The position numbers and the translations under genes are program-made. A stretch of DNA of 64,000 nucleotides from an uncultured Candidatus Saccharibacteria bacterium (GTDB lineage Bacteria; Patescibacteriota; Saccharimonadia; Saccharimonadales; JAUPVS01). This document shows positions 35,765-45,379 of this stretch, in pieces. Each line of letters starts with the position of its first letter. Positions within the stretch are counted from its first letter, which is position 1. Below the pieces are notes generated by a model. That model saw only the letters and a list, made by a program, of their open reading frames with translations. It had not been told where the DNA came from and did not search any database. Where the stretch lies: assembly GCA_964410185.1 (NCBI GenBank), contig CAYPFM010000002.1:6047-70046 (forward strand), written 5' to 3'.

Positions 35765-35785
35765 ATAAACCCAGAAGGAGACAAG

Positions 35786-38731
35786 ATGAAGTTCAAACAA
35801 GGCAGTCGCCGCAAAGCCCTCGAATACGAAAAGGACTTGGTGCAGTATTGGAAACAAAATCAGACTTTTGAAAAGTCGGTGAACAACCGGCCTAAGTCCA
35901 ATGCATACATTTTTTATGACGGCCCACCATTTATCACTGGCGTGCCACATCATGGGAATTTGCTGTGCACGATTATCAAAGACGCCGTGCCACGCTACTG
36001 GACCATGAAAGGCAAGCACGTCGAACGAACCTGGGGTTGGGACTGCCACGGACTGCCGGCCGAAGTCTTTACCGAAAAGAAGCTGGGTATTCACGACCGC
36101 CGCGACATCGGCACCAAGATTAGCCTCGAAGAATACATTACCACCTGCCGCGACAACATGGTGCAGACCGGTGACCTCTGGGAAAACACCATCGACCGGA
36201 TTGGTCGCTGGGTCGACTTTAAGGGCTCCTACAAAACCATGGACAAAGACTACATGGAATCAGTCTGGTGGGCCTTTAAGCAACTCTACGAAAAAGGCAA
36301 GATCTACGAAGGTGAGCGGGTGCTGATGTACTGTACCCGCGACGCCACGCCGATTAGTAAGGCTGAAGTCGCCATGGACAATAGCTATCAAGACGTCACC
36401 GATCCATCGGTCTACGTCAAGTTCAAGTTAGCTGACCGTGATGCCTACTTGCTCGCTTGGACGACCACGCCGTGGACATTGCCGTCCAACAGCGCGATTG
36501 CCGTCAATAAGGACCTCGAATATGCCGAAGTTGAGCTAGAAGGGGAGCATTTCATCCTGGCCAAGGACTTGCTCGACAAGGCTCTGACGGACGAAAAACA
36601 TCAGGTATTGAACTATAAAGTTGTTCAAACTTTCAAGGGCGAACAATTAATTGGGCAGGCCTATCTACCCCTGTTTAAAGAGCATAAAGAGCTGGCCAAG
36701 CAGGGTGCCTTTAAGGTCTATCACGCCGACTTTGTCCATGCCGAAGACGGCACCGGCATCGCCCACGAATCGCCAGCCTATGGCGAGGAAGACTATCTTT
36801 TGAGCAAACAAGCGCGGTTCCCGATGATTCTGAATACTGACGACAGCGGCTTATATACGGAAGGCGAATGGAAGGGCCAACTGGTCTGGGATGCGAACAA
36901 GACAATTGCCAAAACCTTGCACGAGCGCGGGGATGTTTGGAAGATCGACTACATCACCCACAGCTATCCGCACTGCCACCGTTGTGGCACCAAGCTGATG
37001 TACCGCGCTCACCCCAGCTGGTTCATGGACATTGATGGTCAGCGTACCGAAATGCTCGAACAAAACGGCGACGTCAACTGGTTCCCAAGCCACATCAAAG
37101 ACGGTCGCTTCGCCAAAACCGTCCAGTCGGCACCAGACTGGAACCTCAGCCGCGACCGCTTCTGGGCCACCGCCATGCCAGTTTGGAAGGGCACCGACAA
37201 AGACGGCAAAGAACACATCAAAGTTGTTGGCAGCTACGCCGAGTTAAAAGAGTTATCCGGCGTCGAACTTGACGACTACCACCGCCCGTGGGTCGACGAC
37301 ATCACCTTTAAAATCGACGGTGTGGTTTACCAGCGCATCGATAAGGTCTTGGACTGCTGGTTCGAAAGCGGCTCTATGCCATTTGCCCAGTTCCACTATC
37401 CGTTCGAGAACGTCCAAAAGTTCGAAGAAAATTTCCCGGGCGACTTCGTGGTCGAGTACGTCGGCCAGGTGCGCGCTTGGTTCTACTATATGCACGCCGT
37501 CAGCGTGGGCTTGTTTGGCAAAAGTGCCTTCAAGAACGTGGTCGTGACCGGCTCGGTTATGGGCACCGACGGCAAGAAGCTGAGCAAGTCGCTCGGCAAC
37601 TACACTGACCCGAACGAGGTCATGGACCAATACAGCTCCGATGCCCTGCGTTTTGTGCTGCTCAGCGCGCCACTATTAAACGGCGAAGACTTCACCCTCA
37701 AAGATAAAGAAGTGGCTGACGTAAACCGCAAGTTGGCCATGATCTGGAACATGTACGACTTCTTTACATTGTATGCCGACGTTGACGGCTGGGCCTGGGA
37801 CGGCTCCTTGTCCGACCCAACCGAAGACCTGGAAAATCCGTTGGATCAATGGATTGTCTCGCGTGTGCACCAGCTATCGACCGTGGTTGACGAACACATG
37901 CAGAAGTACGACATTCCAAACGCCATGAAACCATTGCTAGAATTCGTCGACGACGCCAGCAACTGGTACGTCCGCCGCAGTCGCAAACGCTTCTGGAAGA
38001 GCGACAACGACGGCGACAAGCAAGCTGCCTACCGCACCCTGCATTACGTCCTGGTGCAAACTTCTATGATTTTCGCGCCGTTCACACCGTTCCTATCCGA
38101 AGAACTGTATCGCTCGCTGACTGGCGGTGAATCGGTCCACCTGCTCGACTGGCCAGAGGCCGGTCACATCAATGAGCTACTGGTTCGCAACATGCGCTTG
38201 CTGCGCCATCTAATTACCATCGGTTTGAGCCTGCGTGCCGAGGCCGCTATTAAAGTGCGCCAGCCGTTGGCCAGCGTCACCTTGCAGGAAGGTTATCGCT
38301 CCTACTTAACCGACGACATGCTCGAGATTCTTAAAGAAGAATTAAATGTTAAGAAAGTGAAATTTGATGACAGTAAGTTCGATGCCGAAAAATCCTTTTT
38401 GGAAAACCTGGAAGCCGGCAACTTTAGTCAGCTGCATCGCCTCGAACTAGATACGGCCTTAACTCCAGCGCTGCGCCAAGAAGGCTTGATGCGCGAAGTC
38501 GTGCGCCAGGTCCAAAACGCTCGCAAGCAAGCTGACTTGCAGGTGGACGACCGAATCGAACTGAGTTTGGAAACCGCCGACGCTGACTTGGCTGCGGCAA
38601 TCACCAAACACGCCGACGAAATTGTGGCCGAGACGCTGGCTGTTAAATTAGTGAAACACGAACTTAAGCACGTCACGACCGCCAAGGTCGAAAGCGCTGT
38701 GCTGACGATTTCGCTACAAAAGTCTGCCTAG
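35786..38731 (+). CDS. ileS: Isoleucyl-tRNA synthetase (type 2-like)
   Basis: HIGH motif PHHGNLL, KMSKS motif KLSKSLGN, and a CP1 editing region with TTTPWTLPSN. Confidence 0.95.
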   Translation: MKFKQGSRRKALEYEKDLVQYWKQNQTFEKSVNNRPKSNAYIFYDGPPFITGVPHHGNLLCTIIKDAVPRYWTMKGKHVERTWGWDCHGLPAEVFTEKKLGIHDRRDIGTKISLEEYITTCRDNMVQTGDLWENTIDRIGRWVDFKGSYKTMDKDYMESVWWAFKQLYEKGKIYEGERVLMYCTRDATPISKAEVAMDNSYQDVTDPSVYVKFKLADRDAYLLAWTTTPWTLPSNSAIAVNKDLEYAEVELEGEHFILAKDLLDKALTDEKHQVLNYKVVQTFKGEQLIGQAYLPLFKEHKELAKQGAFKVYHADFVHAEDGTGIAHESPAYGEEDYLLSKQARFPMILNTDDSGLYTEGEWKGQLVWDANKTIAKTLHERGDVWKIDYITHSYPHCHRCGTKLMYRAHPSWFMDIDGQRTEMLEQNGDVNWFPSHIKDGRFAKTVQSAPDWNLSRDRFWATAMPVWKGTDKDGKEHIKVVGSYAELKELSGVELDDYHRPWVDDITFKIDGVVYQRIDKVLDCWFESGSMPFAQFHYPFENVQKFEENFPGDFVVEYVGQVRAWFYYMHAVSVGLFGKSAFKNVVVTGSVMGTDGKKLSKSLGNYTDPNEVMDQYSSDALRFVLLSAPLLNGEDFTLKDKEVADVNRKLAMIWNMYDFFTLYADVDGWAWDGSLSDPTEDLENPLDQWIVSRVHQLSTVVDEHMQKYDIPNAMKPLLEFVDDASNWYVRRSRKRFWKSDNDGDKQAAYRTLHYVLVQTSMIFAPFTPFLSEELYRSLTGGESVHLLDWPEAGHINELLVRNMRLLRHLITIGLSLRAEAAIKVRQPLASVTLQEGYRSYLTDDMLEILKEELNVKKVKFDDSKFDAEKSFLENLEAGNFSQLHRLELDTALTPALRQEGLMREVVRQVQNARKQADLQVDDRIELSLETADADLAAAITKHADEIVAETLAVKLVKHELKHVTTAKVESAVLTISLQKSA

Positions 38732-38742
38732 ACCTGTTTGCT

Positions 38743-38924
38743 GACCGGCGGTTTCGTGACATTACTTTTTGCTTGCTATGGTTTTTGGAGCACGAGTTAA
38801 CGAGTATTTAATGATTCAGATTAACTTATTTAAGAAAGGTGAGCTAGGATTATTAACATTTTTAATCTGAATTCTTACCTTTTGGTTAAACGGTGCTCCA
38901 AAAACCATAGCAGCACTGGAGGAG
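38743..38924 (+). mobile_element. MITE-like palindromic element, copy 2 (plus a ~20-bp flank shared with copy 3)
   Basis: Same TIRs and subterminal IRs. From 38755 to 38921 it is base-for-base the reverse complement of 47732-47898 (checked by hand). Confidence 0.75.
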
Positions 38925-38961
38925 CGGCGAACTAGCCGGCTTTAAACCGTCGGTCAAGGTG

Positions 38962-38990
38962 TTGACGGCGTGGGTCTAATCTGTTAATAT
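38962..38990 (+). promoter_or_regulatory. Promoter of rplU
   Basis: TTGACG-N17-TAATAT with a TGt extended -10. ATG 39003 would leave a ~6-nt leader. Confidence 0.6.
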
Positions 38991-39002
38991 CCTTTGGTAC
39001 CT

Positions 39003-39311
39003 ATGAAAAAAGCTGTCATTACAACTGGTGGACATCAATTCCTCGTAACCGAAGGCGAAACGCTGGAAGTCGAGCTGATGCATGCCGACAAAAAGTCGGT
39101 CAGTTTTGACGCACTCCTGGTTATTGATGGCGACAAGACCACTGTTGGTACGCCAACCGTGAAGGACGTTAAAGTCACCGCCGAAGTCCTTGCTGATGAT
39201 GTTGCGGGCACCAAAGTCACCGCCATCCGTTACAAGCCAAAGAAACGTGTGCACAAGGTGCATGGCCATCGCCAGCATCACACGCAAATCAAAATCACTA
39301 AGATTTCATAA
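39003..39311 (+). CDS. rplU: 50S ribosomal protein L21
   Basis: MKKAVITTGGHQFLVTEGETLEVE...VTAIRYKPKKRVHKVHGHRQHHTQIKI. ATG 39003 lies downstream of the predicted TSS. Confidence 0.9.
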   Translation: MKKAVITTGGHQFLVTEGETLEVELMHADKKSVSFDALLVIDGDKTTVGTPTVKDVKVTAEVLADDVAGTKVTAIRYKPKKRVHKVHGHRQHHTQIKITKIS

Positions 39312-39336
39312 AAGGCCTCGAGAAGAGGCCTTTTTA
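39311..39336 (+). terminator. Intrinsic terminator after rplU
   Basis: AAAGGCCTC-GAGAA-GAGGCCTTT followed by TT. Confidence 0.7.
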
Positions 39337-39368
39337 AATGGCCAACAATTTGCTAAGCTTATGTTTAG

Positions 39369-40130
39369 ATGTCAGAGGTAATCGCGATACTAAACCAAAA
39401 GGGGGGCGTGGGCAAAACAACCACGGCTATTAATTTGGCTGCCTACCTGCAGAAAATGGGGAAGTCGGTGTTGCTGGTTGACCTCGATCCGCAAGGCAAC
39501 GCCACCAGCGGCCTCGGTCTCGACAAGCATAGCCAAGAGGGCGGCACCTACGAATTACTACTTGGGCAGATTGACCTTGGCCAAGCGGTCAAGCCGGTTC
39601 AGAATGGCGGCTTTTACATTGTGCCGACTAACGCCAATCTTGCCGCCGTTGAGGTGGAGCTGGTTAGTAAGCCGAACCGCGAGCAAGCCCTCAAGGACGC
39701 GCTCAAGCAGGCCACGTACGACTACATCCTAATTGATTGTCCGCCGGCGCTCAGCCTGCTCACTATCAACGCGCTGACGGCCGCGCACTACATGATTATT
39801 CCAGTCCAAGCCGAATACTATGCGCTCGAAGGACTTGGGCAGCTGTTGCAAGTCTTCCAACAGGTAAAGTCTAACCTCAACCCGGGCCTCGAAATTATGG
39901 GTGTGGTGGTGACCATGTTCGACAGCCGCACCAGCCTTTCGGAGCAGGTGTTAACAGAGGTCAAGAAGCATTTTAACGACAAGTTATTTACCACCATCAT
40001 CCCGCGCAATGTTCGGCTGGCGGAGGCACCGAGTTACGGTCAGCCGATTCTGCAACATGATAAATGGTCTAAGGGCGCTCGCGCCTATAAACAGCTTGCC
40101 AAGGAGGTAGTAGACTATGGCCAAAAGTAA
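39369..40130 (+). CDS. parA: Chromosome partitioning ATPase ParA/Soj
   Basis: Deviant Walker A NQKGGVGKTTT, plus DLDPQGNAT and IDCPPAL. Confidence 0.9.
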   Translation: MSEVIAILNQKGGVGKTTTAINLAAYLQKMGKSVLLVDLDPQGNATSGLGLDKHSQEGGTYELLLGQIDLGQAVKPVQNGGFYIVPTNANLAAVEVELVSKPNREQALKDALKQATYDYILIDCPPALSLLTINALTAAHYMIIPVQAEYYALEGLGQLLQVFQQVKSNLNPGLEIMGVVVTMFDSRTSLSEQVLTEVKKHFNDKLFTTIIPRNVRLAEAPSYGQPILQHDKWSKGARAYKQLAKEVVDYGQK

Positions 40131-40977
40131 AGCCGGCCTCGGCCGCGGTTTTGAAACCCTGATTCCAACCAACTTTGACAATTCTTTGTTGCTCGACGAG
40201 CAAGACCGGATACAAAAGTTGCTCATCACTGACATTAAGCCGGGCAAACAACAGCCGCGAACCGAGTTTGACGAGACCTTGCTCAAAGAGCTAGCCAGTT
40301 CAATCAAGCAACACGGTATCTTGCAGCCACTGATTGTCCGCAACGAAAGTGGCACCTATTACATCGTGGCTGGCGAACGCCGCTGGCGAGCCGCCCAACT
40401 AGCGGGCCTTAAGCATGTGCCAGCGATTGTGCGCAGCCTTGAAGAGCTCGAAGAGTTGGAGATGGCCTTGGTCGAAAACGTCCAACGCGAAGATCTGTCA
40501 CCACTCGATCAGGCGATGTCGATCCACCGGTTACTCCACCAGTTTAATTTGTCGCAAGAGGCAGTCGCTAACCGGCTGGGTAAAGCTGTGCCAACCGTTG
40601 GTAACATCGTGCGTTTGCTAAACCTGCCGCCCAAGGCCCAGGAAGCTTTGCGGGATGGCTTGATTACCGAGGGTCACGCTCGCGCCGTCTTAGCCCTTAA
40701 GGATAAGCCCGAAAAACAGACCGAACTACTCGAGCTGATTATTAAGAACAAGTGGACGGTGCGCCAGGCCGAACAATTTGTGGTGGCGACTCGTAAGGGC
40801 GCCCAAACCGAAGTCGCTCACAAACAGTTGGCTACCACCACGCCAGCGACCGAAAAACTCGGCAAGAAGCTCGGCACGCCCGTCACGATTCGACGAACCG
40901 CAAAGGGCGGGAAGCTCGAAATTGCTTTCAAGACCAACAAAGAACTAGACGATCTAATCAAAACCCTGAATAAGTAG
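40117..40977 (+). CDS. parB: Chromosome partitioning protein ParB/Spo0J
   Basis: ParB box GERRWRAA, LQPLIVR, and an HTH. Overlaps parA by 14 bp. Confidence 0.9.
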   Translation: MAKSKAGLGRGFETLIPTNFDNSLLLDEQDRIQKLLITDIKPGKQQPRTEFDETLLKELASSIKQHGILQPLIVRNESGTYYIVAGERRWRAAQLAGLKHVPAIVRSLEELEELEMALVENVQREDLSPLDQAMSIHRLLHQFNLSQEAVANRLGKAVPTVGNIVRLLNLPPKAQEALRDGLITEGHARAVLALKDKPEKQTELLELIIKNKWTVRQAEQFVVATRKGAQTEVAHKQLATTTPATEKLGKKLGTPVTIRRTAKGGKLEIAFKTNKELDDLIKTLNK

Positions 40978-40979
40978 CT

Positions 40980-41672
40980 TTAGAAACGTTCGGCTTTGTT
41001 GAACGGATAGACGCGGAGGCCCAGACGGCCAACGATATTGCCGGCCGGAACGGTGCCAAAGTAGCGTGAATCGAGTGAATTGCTGCGGTTATCGCCACAG
41101 ACGAAGACTTCGCCAGGAGGCACCGTCAGGTCAACGTCGCCAATTGTTTCGGTGATAACTTTGCCGTAGTCCATGGTTTTGTCCGGAGAGAAGCCCTCGG
41201 GGTGTTCTTGGTTGTAGACGGTCAGCTGGCCATCTTTGACGACGACGCGCTCACCCGGCAAGGCAATGACGCGCTTGATCAGCTGCTTTTCGGCTTCGCC
41301 GAGGCCAGAGCTATCGGGGTGATTGAAGATGATAATTTCGCCCCGTGGTGGAATGTAGGCATGATGCGTAATGCGGGCGATGGTGCGAGGAACTTTGACT
41401 ACAATCAGACGGTCGCGGTTTTGCAGGGTAGTCTGCATGCTGGGACCGTCAACTTCGTAGGACTGGAACACAAAAGCCGTTAAGAGCAGGGCAATTGCGG
41501 GAGCTAAGGCCAAGAGGATAATCGTTGAGATAACCCCTTTAATGCCTTCCTTTTCGGCGACTCGTGGTTCTGGAGGCTCAACCGGCTCGACCGGACTGAC
41601 TGGCGCTGGCTGGACAGGGTGACCAGGGGTTGGCGTCGGCTGCACGGGGTTAGGAGTTATGTCATCATTCAT
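40980..41672 (-). CDS. lepB: Signal peptidase I
   Basis: N-terminal TM, catalytic SMQTTL (Ser box), RGEIIIF, KRVIALPGE (Lys box) and GDNRSNSLDSR. Confidence 0.88.
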   Translation of the reverse strand: MNDDITPNPVQPTPTPGHPVQPAPVSPVEPVEPPEPRVAEKEGIKGVISTIILLALAPAIALLLTAFVFQSYEVDGPSMQTTLQNRDRLIVVKVPRTIARITHHAYIPPRGEIIIFNHPDSSGLGEAEKQLIKRVIALPGERVVVKDGQLTVYNQEHPEGFSPDKTMDYGKVITETIGDVDLTVPPGEVFVCGDNRSNSLDSRYFGTVPAGNIVGRLGLRVYPFNKAERF

Positions 41673-41714
41673 TACAGGTTTTCACTATACGCTAAAAGAA
41701 CCAAAAGGCATATG

Positions 41715-41743
41715 TTTACGGCGGCCGACTAAACCGCTATACT
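41715..41743 (+). promoter_or_regulatory. Promoter of the LCP gene
   Basis: TTTACG-N17-TATACT. The ATG lies 13 nt downstream. Confidence 0.5.
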
Positions 41744-41756
41744 GAGACCCACCCGT

Positions 41757-43379
41757 ATGGATAATTTTAGACGACCCCCGCGTACAAAACGAGGCTTCGC
41801 CGTAGACGGCATTCTTAAATCTCCCAAAACTCCTGCTTCTGGGGTTGGTGACTTCAAACGGCGACCAATCACCACCACCTCTACCAAGCAAACAGTTGGG
41901 AACTTTAAGCAGACAGAAGGCTTCAAAGCCACTGTCCAGCCCTCGGTGCCTGTTTCGGTATCCCGCAAAACCCCTAAAGTAGCCAGCGAACCGCCGGTTA
42001 AAAAGAAGCGTGGACTCTTCCATCGACGCAAAAAAGACAAACTCCATAAGCCCGTCCATCGCTGGCGGACCCTTGTTAAGCGAACGGCTATTATTTTATT
42101 TGTCCTGATGTTTGTTGGGGGCGGTTTGGTAGGCGCCAAGGCCTACATGAAGTCCCGCAAGGTCCTTAAGGGAGGTGGTTCAGCCCCATCTTTGCAGGCC
42201 AATGTTGCCCCAGCCTTGCTCAAAGGCGAAGGCGACGGCCGTATTAATATTCTGCTACTTGGACGAGGTGGTGCCGGCCACGATGGACCTGATTTAACAG
42301 ATACGATTATTGTGGCTAGTGTCGACCCGGTTCACCACGAAGCCGCTCTGATGAGCATCCCGCGCGACCTTTGGATCAAACCGACCGGTGGCTATAGTTA
42401 CACCAAGATTAACTCCATATATGCGAATGCTAAATATGCCGTCCAGAATGGTAAAAAGATTCCGAACCAACAGCAGGCCGCCGATCAGGCAGGTGAGGAC
42501 GCTATCGAAAAGACCATCGAAGATACATTCGGTATCCCGATTCACTATCACGTCATTGTCGACTTCGAGGCCTTCCGCAAAGCCATCGACACGGTTGGCG
42601 GCGTTGATATTAATGTCAAAACAGCCTTAGTTGATCCAACTGTTGCTTGGGAAAATAACTGGAAGGCCACCATCGCGCCAGTTGGCCAAAACCATATGAA
42701 CGGCAAAACAGCCTTGCTCTATGCTCGTTCTCGTCATGGTAGTGCCCGTGGTGACTTTGACCGGAGTGAACGCCAACGCGAGATTATGATTGCTCTCAAG
42801 GAAAAGGTCTTTACCCTCGGTACCTTCAGTAACCCCGTTAAAATTTCGCAGCTACTGGACGCCTTTGGCGACCACGTGCAAACAAACTTTGGCAGCAGCG
42901 AAGTGAAGCGCCTATACGCCATCGCCAAAGATATTCCGTCTGCCAAAGTCACGTCAGTAGGTTTGGCCGATCCGCCGAATGACTACATCACGACGGGAAT
43001 GGTGAATGGGCAGTCGGTGGTGATTCCAAAGGCTGGCATCGGCAATTATGACGCGATTAAGAGTTACGTACGCAACACCCTCAAGGATAGCTACCTACGT
43101 GATGAGAATGCGAGCATCGTTATTCTAAATGGAACCAATAAGCCCGGCTTGGCAACCACGCGGGCCACCGAGCTGAAGTCATTTGGCTACAATGTTACGA
43201 CGGTCGGCGATGCTCCAACCAAAACCTACACCCAGACGCTGCTTATTGATAGGCGAAGCGGTGCCAAGAAGTATACCCAGCACTACTTAGAGAATCGCTT
43301 GGGAGTCAAAGCCACCACGGCACTTCCAGCTGGTGTTGACGCCGGCACGGCCGATTTTGTGATAGTATTAGGACAATAA
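41757..43379 (+). CDS. LCP (LytR-CpsA-Psr) family cell-envelope phosphotransferase with C-terminal LytR_C domain
   Basis: Basic N-terminus plus a TM. LCP core is INILLLGRGG..PDLTDTIIVASVD..SIPRDLW..RSRHGS..GDFDRSERQ. C-terminus is IVILNGTNKPGLA. Confidence 0.85.
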   Translation: MDNFRRPPRTKRGFAVDGILKSPKTPASGVGDFKRRPITTTSTKQTVGNFKQTEGFKATVQPSVPVSVSRKTPKVASEPPVKKKRGLFHRRKKDKLHKPVHRWRTLVKRTAIILFVLMFVGGGLVGAKAYMKSRKVLKGGGSAPSLQANVAPALLKGEGDGRINILLLGRGGAGHDGPDLTDTIIVASVDPVHHEAALMSIPRDLWIKPTGGYSYTKINSIYANAKYAVQNGKKIPNQQQAADQAGEDAIEKTIEDTFGIPIHYHVIVDFEAFRKAIDTVGGVDINVKTALVDPTVAWENNWKATIAPVGQNHMNGKTALLYARSRHGSARGDFDRSERQREIMIALKEKVFTLGTFSNPVKISQLLDAFGDHVQTNFGSSEVKRLYAIAKDIPSAKVTSVGLADPPNDYITTGMVNGQSVVIPKAGIGNYDAIKSYVRNTLKDSYLRDENASIVILNGTNKPGLATTRATELKSFGYNVTTVGDAPTKTYTQTLLIDRRSGAKKYTQHYLENRLGVKATTALPAGVDAGTADFVIVLGQ

Positions 43380-44149
43380 TGAAGGTTCTACCCACGCGTA
43401 TTAAGAAGTTAAAGCCCAAAAAGGGCTTGGCCAGCGTCTTCCATTTAATTTTGACCCTGCTGCTGCCAATTTTGGTGTACGTTCTGGTGGCCATGCACTT
43501 CGCTTTGGCGGCCGTGGCCCTTATCCTACTCAGTAAATGGCGCATGTTCGCTGTTAAGCCGCGCCACTGGCCGGCCAACATTCGGGCCAATGCCATTGAT
43601 ATCATCGTCGGCTTGTCACTGGTGGTCTTTATGATGACCGCACAGCAGGCCGGTTCACAACTGTTCCAGATGTTCTGGGCGGCCATGTACGCCGTTTGGC
43701 TGCTGTTCATCAAACCTGGTTCACAAGTTATCTCGGTTTCAGTCCAGGCCTTAATCGGCCAATTCCTCGGGCTAACCGCCTTATTTGTGCGCTTTGGTGG
43801 GGTTGACCCAGCCTTTCTGGTTTTGGCGTCGTGGGGCGTCTGCTATCTCGCGGCTCGACACTTCTTAGCCAGCTTTGACGAGCCGCTGACCAGATTCTTT
43901 TCGTATCTTTGGGGCTACTTTGGGGCCACCACGGTTTGGATTCTCAGCCACTATTTGTTGTCGCGCGGTGCCTTCTTCCAGCCGGTCCTGCTGATTAATG
44001 TGATTAGCTTTGGCTTAGCAACGCTGTACTACCTCCAAGAGACTGATCGGCTGTCACGATTCTATCAGCGGCAGATTACTTTTATTGTTTTGTCAGTGGT
44101 GGTGATTCTGGTAATTTTGCCGTTTGTCCTGTGGGACAAAACCATCTAG
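43379..44149 (+). CDS. Hypothetical polytopic membrane protein (256 aa)
   Basis: Six to eight hydrophobic helices. Its start overlaps the LCP stop (TAATGA). No family recognised. Confidence 0.6.
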   Translation: MKVLPTRIKKLKPKKGLASVFHLILTLLLPILVYVLVAMHFALAAVALILLSKWRMFAVKPRHWPANIRANAIDIIVGLSLVVFMMTAQQAGSQLFQMFWAAMYAVWLLFIKPGSQVISVSVQALIGQFLGLTALFVRFGGVDPAFLVLASWGVCYLAARHFLASFDEPLTRFFSYLWGYFGATTVWILSHYLLSRGAFFQPVLLINVISFGLATLYYLQETDRLSRFYQRQITFIVLSVVVILVILPFVLWDKTI

Positions 44150-44209
44150 TTGACCAACATTCTCATTCCATTCTCAGATTGAAATGATAAAACAGAGGAG
44201 ACAAACTAA

Positions 44210-45379
44210 GTGAAAGAACCAGACATGAAAGCGCCTCAAACCCCCCAACTGACTACGACTGTGCGACGCCTGCCTTTTGTGGGTGTTATTGCCATCCTTT
44301 TGCTGGGCACAACCAGTGGCTTCTTGGGCGGTTGGTATGGTGCCCGCCACGGTTTTAATGACATGAGCACTGCCAACCAAAAGCAAGTCATTTCTTCGGA
44401 GAGTAATTTGATTAGCCAAATCGCCAAAGACGTTGGTCCTAGTGTCGTCTCGGTTAACGTGACGGGCGAAACGGCTCAGACGCGCTTTCGGGCTGGTGGC
44501 ACCCAAGAAAGTGCCGGGACTGGCTTTATCGTGAGCAGTAACGTCATCATTACCAACCGCCACGTGGTGCCCGCCGGTACCACCAACGTTGATGTGGTGC
44601 TGGCTGACGGTACGCAGCTGGACGACGTCACCATCTTGGGCCGCACGAGCGCAAGTGATCCGCTGGACGTGGCCTTCCTAAAAGTCAACGACACCAAGGG
44701 GAAGACGCTCAAGCCAGCCAAGCTGGGTGATTCAACCAAAATGCAGATTGGTGATAAAGTCGTGGCAATTGGCAATGCGCTCGGTCAGTTCCAGAACACT
44801 GTGACGTCAGGCATTATCTCTGGCTACGGGCGTGATTTGGAAGCCGGCGACGGCAGTAGTGGCAGCACCGAACAGCTCCAGGACTTATTCCAAACCGATG
44901 CGGCCATTAACCAGGGTAACTCGGGTGGTCCATTGGTGAACATCAATGGTGAGGTGATTGGCATTAATACCGCCGTGGCTGGCGATGCTCAGAACATTGG
45001 CTTCTCAATTCCAATTAATGATGTCAGCGGCCTCATCAAGGGTGTGTTGGCCACCGGCAAGCTAGAACGACCATACCTGGGTGTGCACTATGTCTCGATT
45101 ACTGACGACTACGCTGTTGCCAATGGCCTACCGGTTAAACGGGGCGCCTACATTCAGCCGGGTGAAGCTGGCATCGTCGCCGGCAGCCCAGCCGCTATAG
45201 CCGGCTTAAAGGGTGGTGACATTATCACCAAAGTGAACGAAGTAAACGTTGACGAAACCCACAGCTTATCAACGCTACTGGGCCGCTATGGCGTCAGTCA
45301 AAAGGTGACCCTGACAGTGGTTCGTGACGGCAAAACGCAAACAATCACAGCCGTGCTTGACGCCGCGCCACAAGCTTAA
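44210..45379 (+). CDS. htrA: HtrA/DegP-family serine protease with PDZ domain
   Basis: Catalytic triad contexts TNRHVV, DVAFLKV and GNSGGPL, plus a PDZ (GSPAAIAGLKGGDII). AGAGGAG Shine-Dalgarno lies 9 nt before GTG 44210; ATG 44225 is an alternative. Confidence 0.88.
   Translation: MKEPDMKAPQTPQLTTTVRRLPFVGVIAILLLGTTSGFLGGWYGARHGFNDMSTANQKQVISSESNLISQIAKDVGPSVVSVNVTGETAQTRFRAGGTQESAGTGFIVSSNVIITNRHVVPAGTTNVDVVLADGTQLDDVTILGRTSASDPLDVAFLKVNDTKGKTLKPAKLGDSTKMQIGDKVVAIGNALGQFQNTVTSGIISGYGRDLEAGDGSSGSTEQLQDLFQTDAAINQGNSGGPLVNINGEVIGINTAVAGDAQNIGFSIPINDVSGLIKGVLATGKLERPYLGVHYVSITDDYAVANGLPVKRGAYIQPGEAGIVAGSPAAIAGLKGGDIITKVNEVNVDETHSLSTLLGRYGVSQKVTLTVVRDGKTQTITAVLDAAPQA

Noticed and set aside
35663-36094. 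A 143-aa minus-strand ORF spanning the ileS leader and the ileS 5' end.
   Set aside because: It overlaps the well-supported ileS N-terminus (HIGH motif) and the structured leader, and has no recognisable protein features.
38748-38759. A parS-like half-site (GGTTTCGTGACA) in the flank shared by MITE-like copies 2 and 3, close to parAB.
   Set aside because: It lacks 2 nt of the TGTTNCACGTGAAACA palindrome and has no symmetric second half. I did not spot a full parS elsewhere, but a 64-kb scan by eye is not exhaustive.
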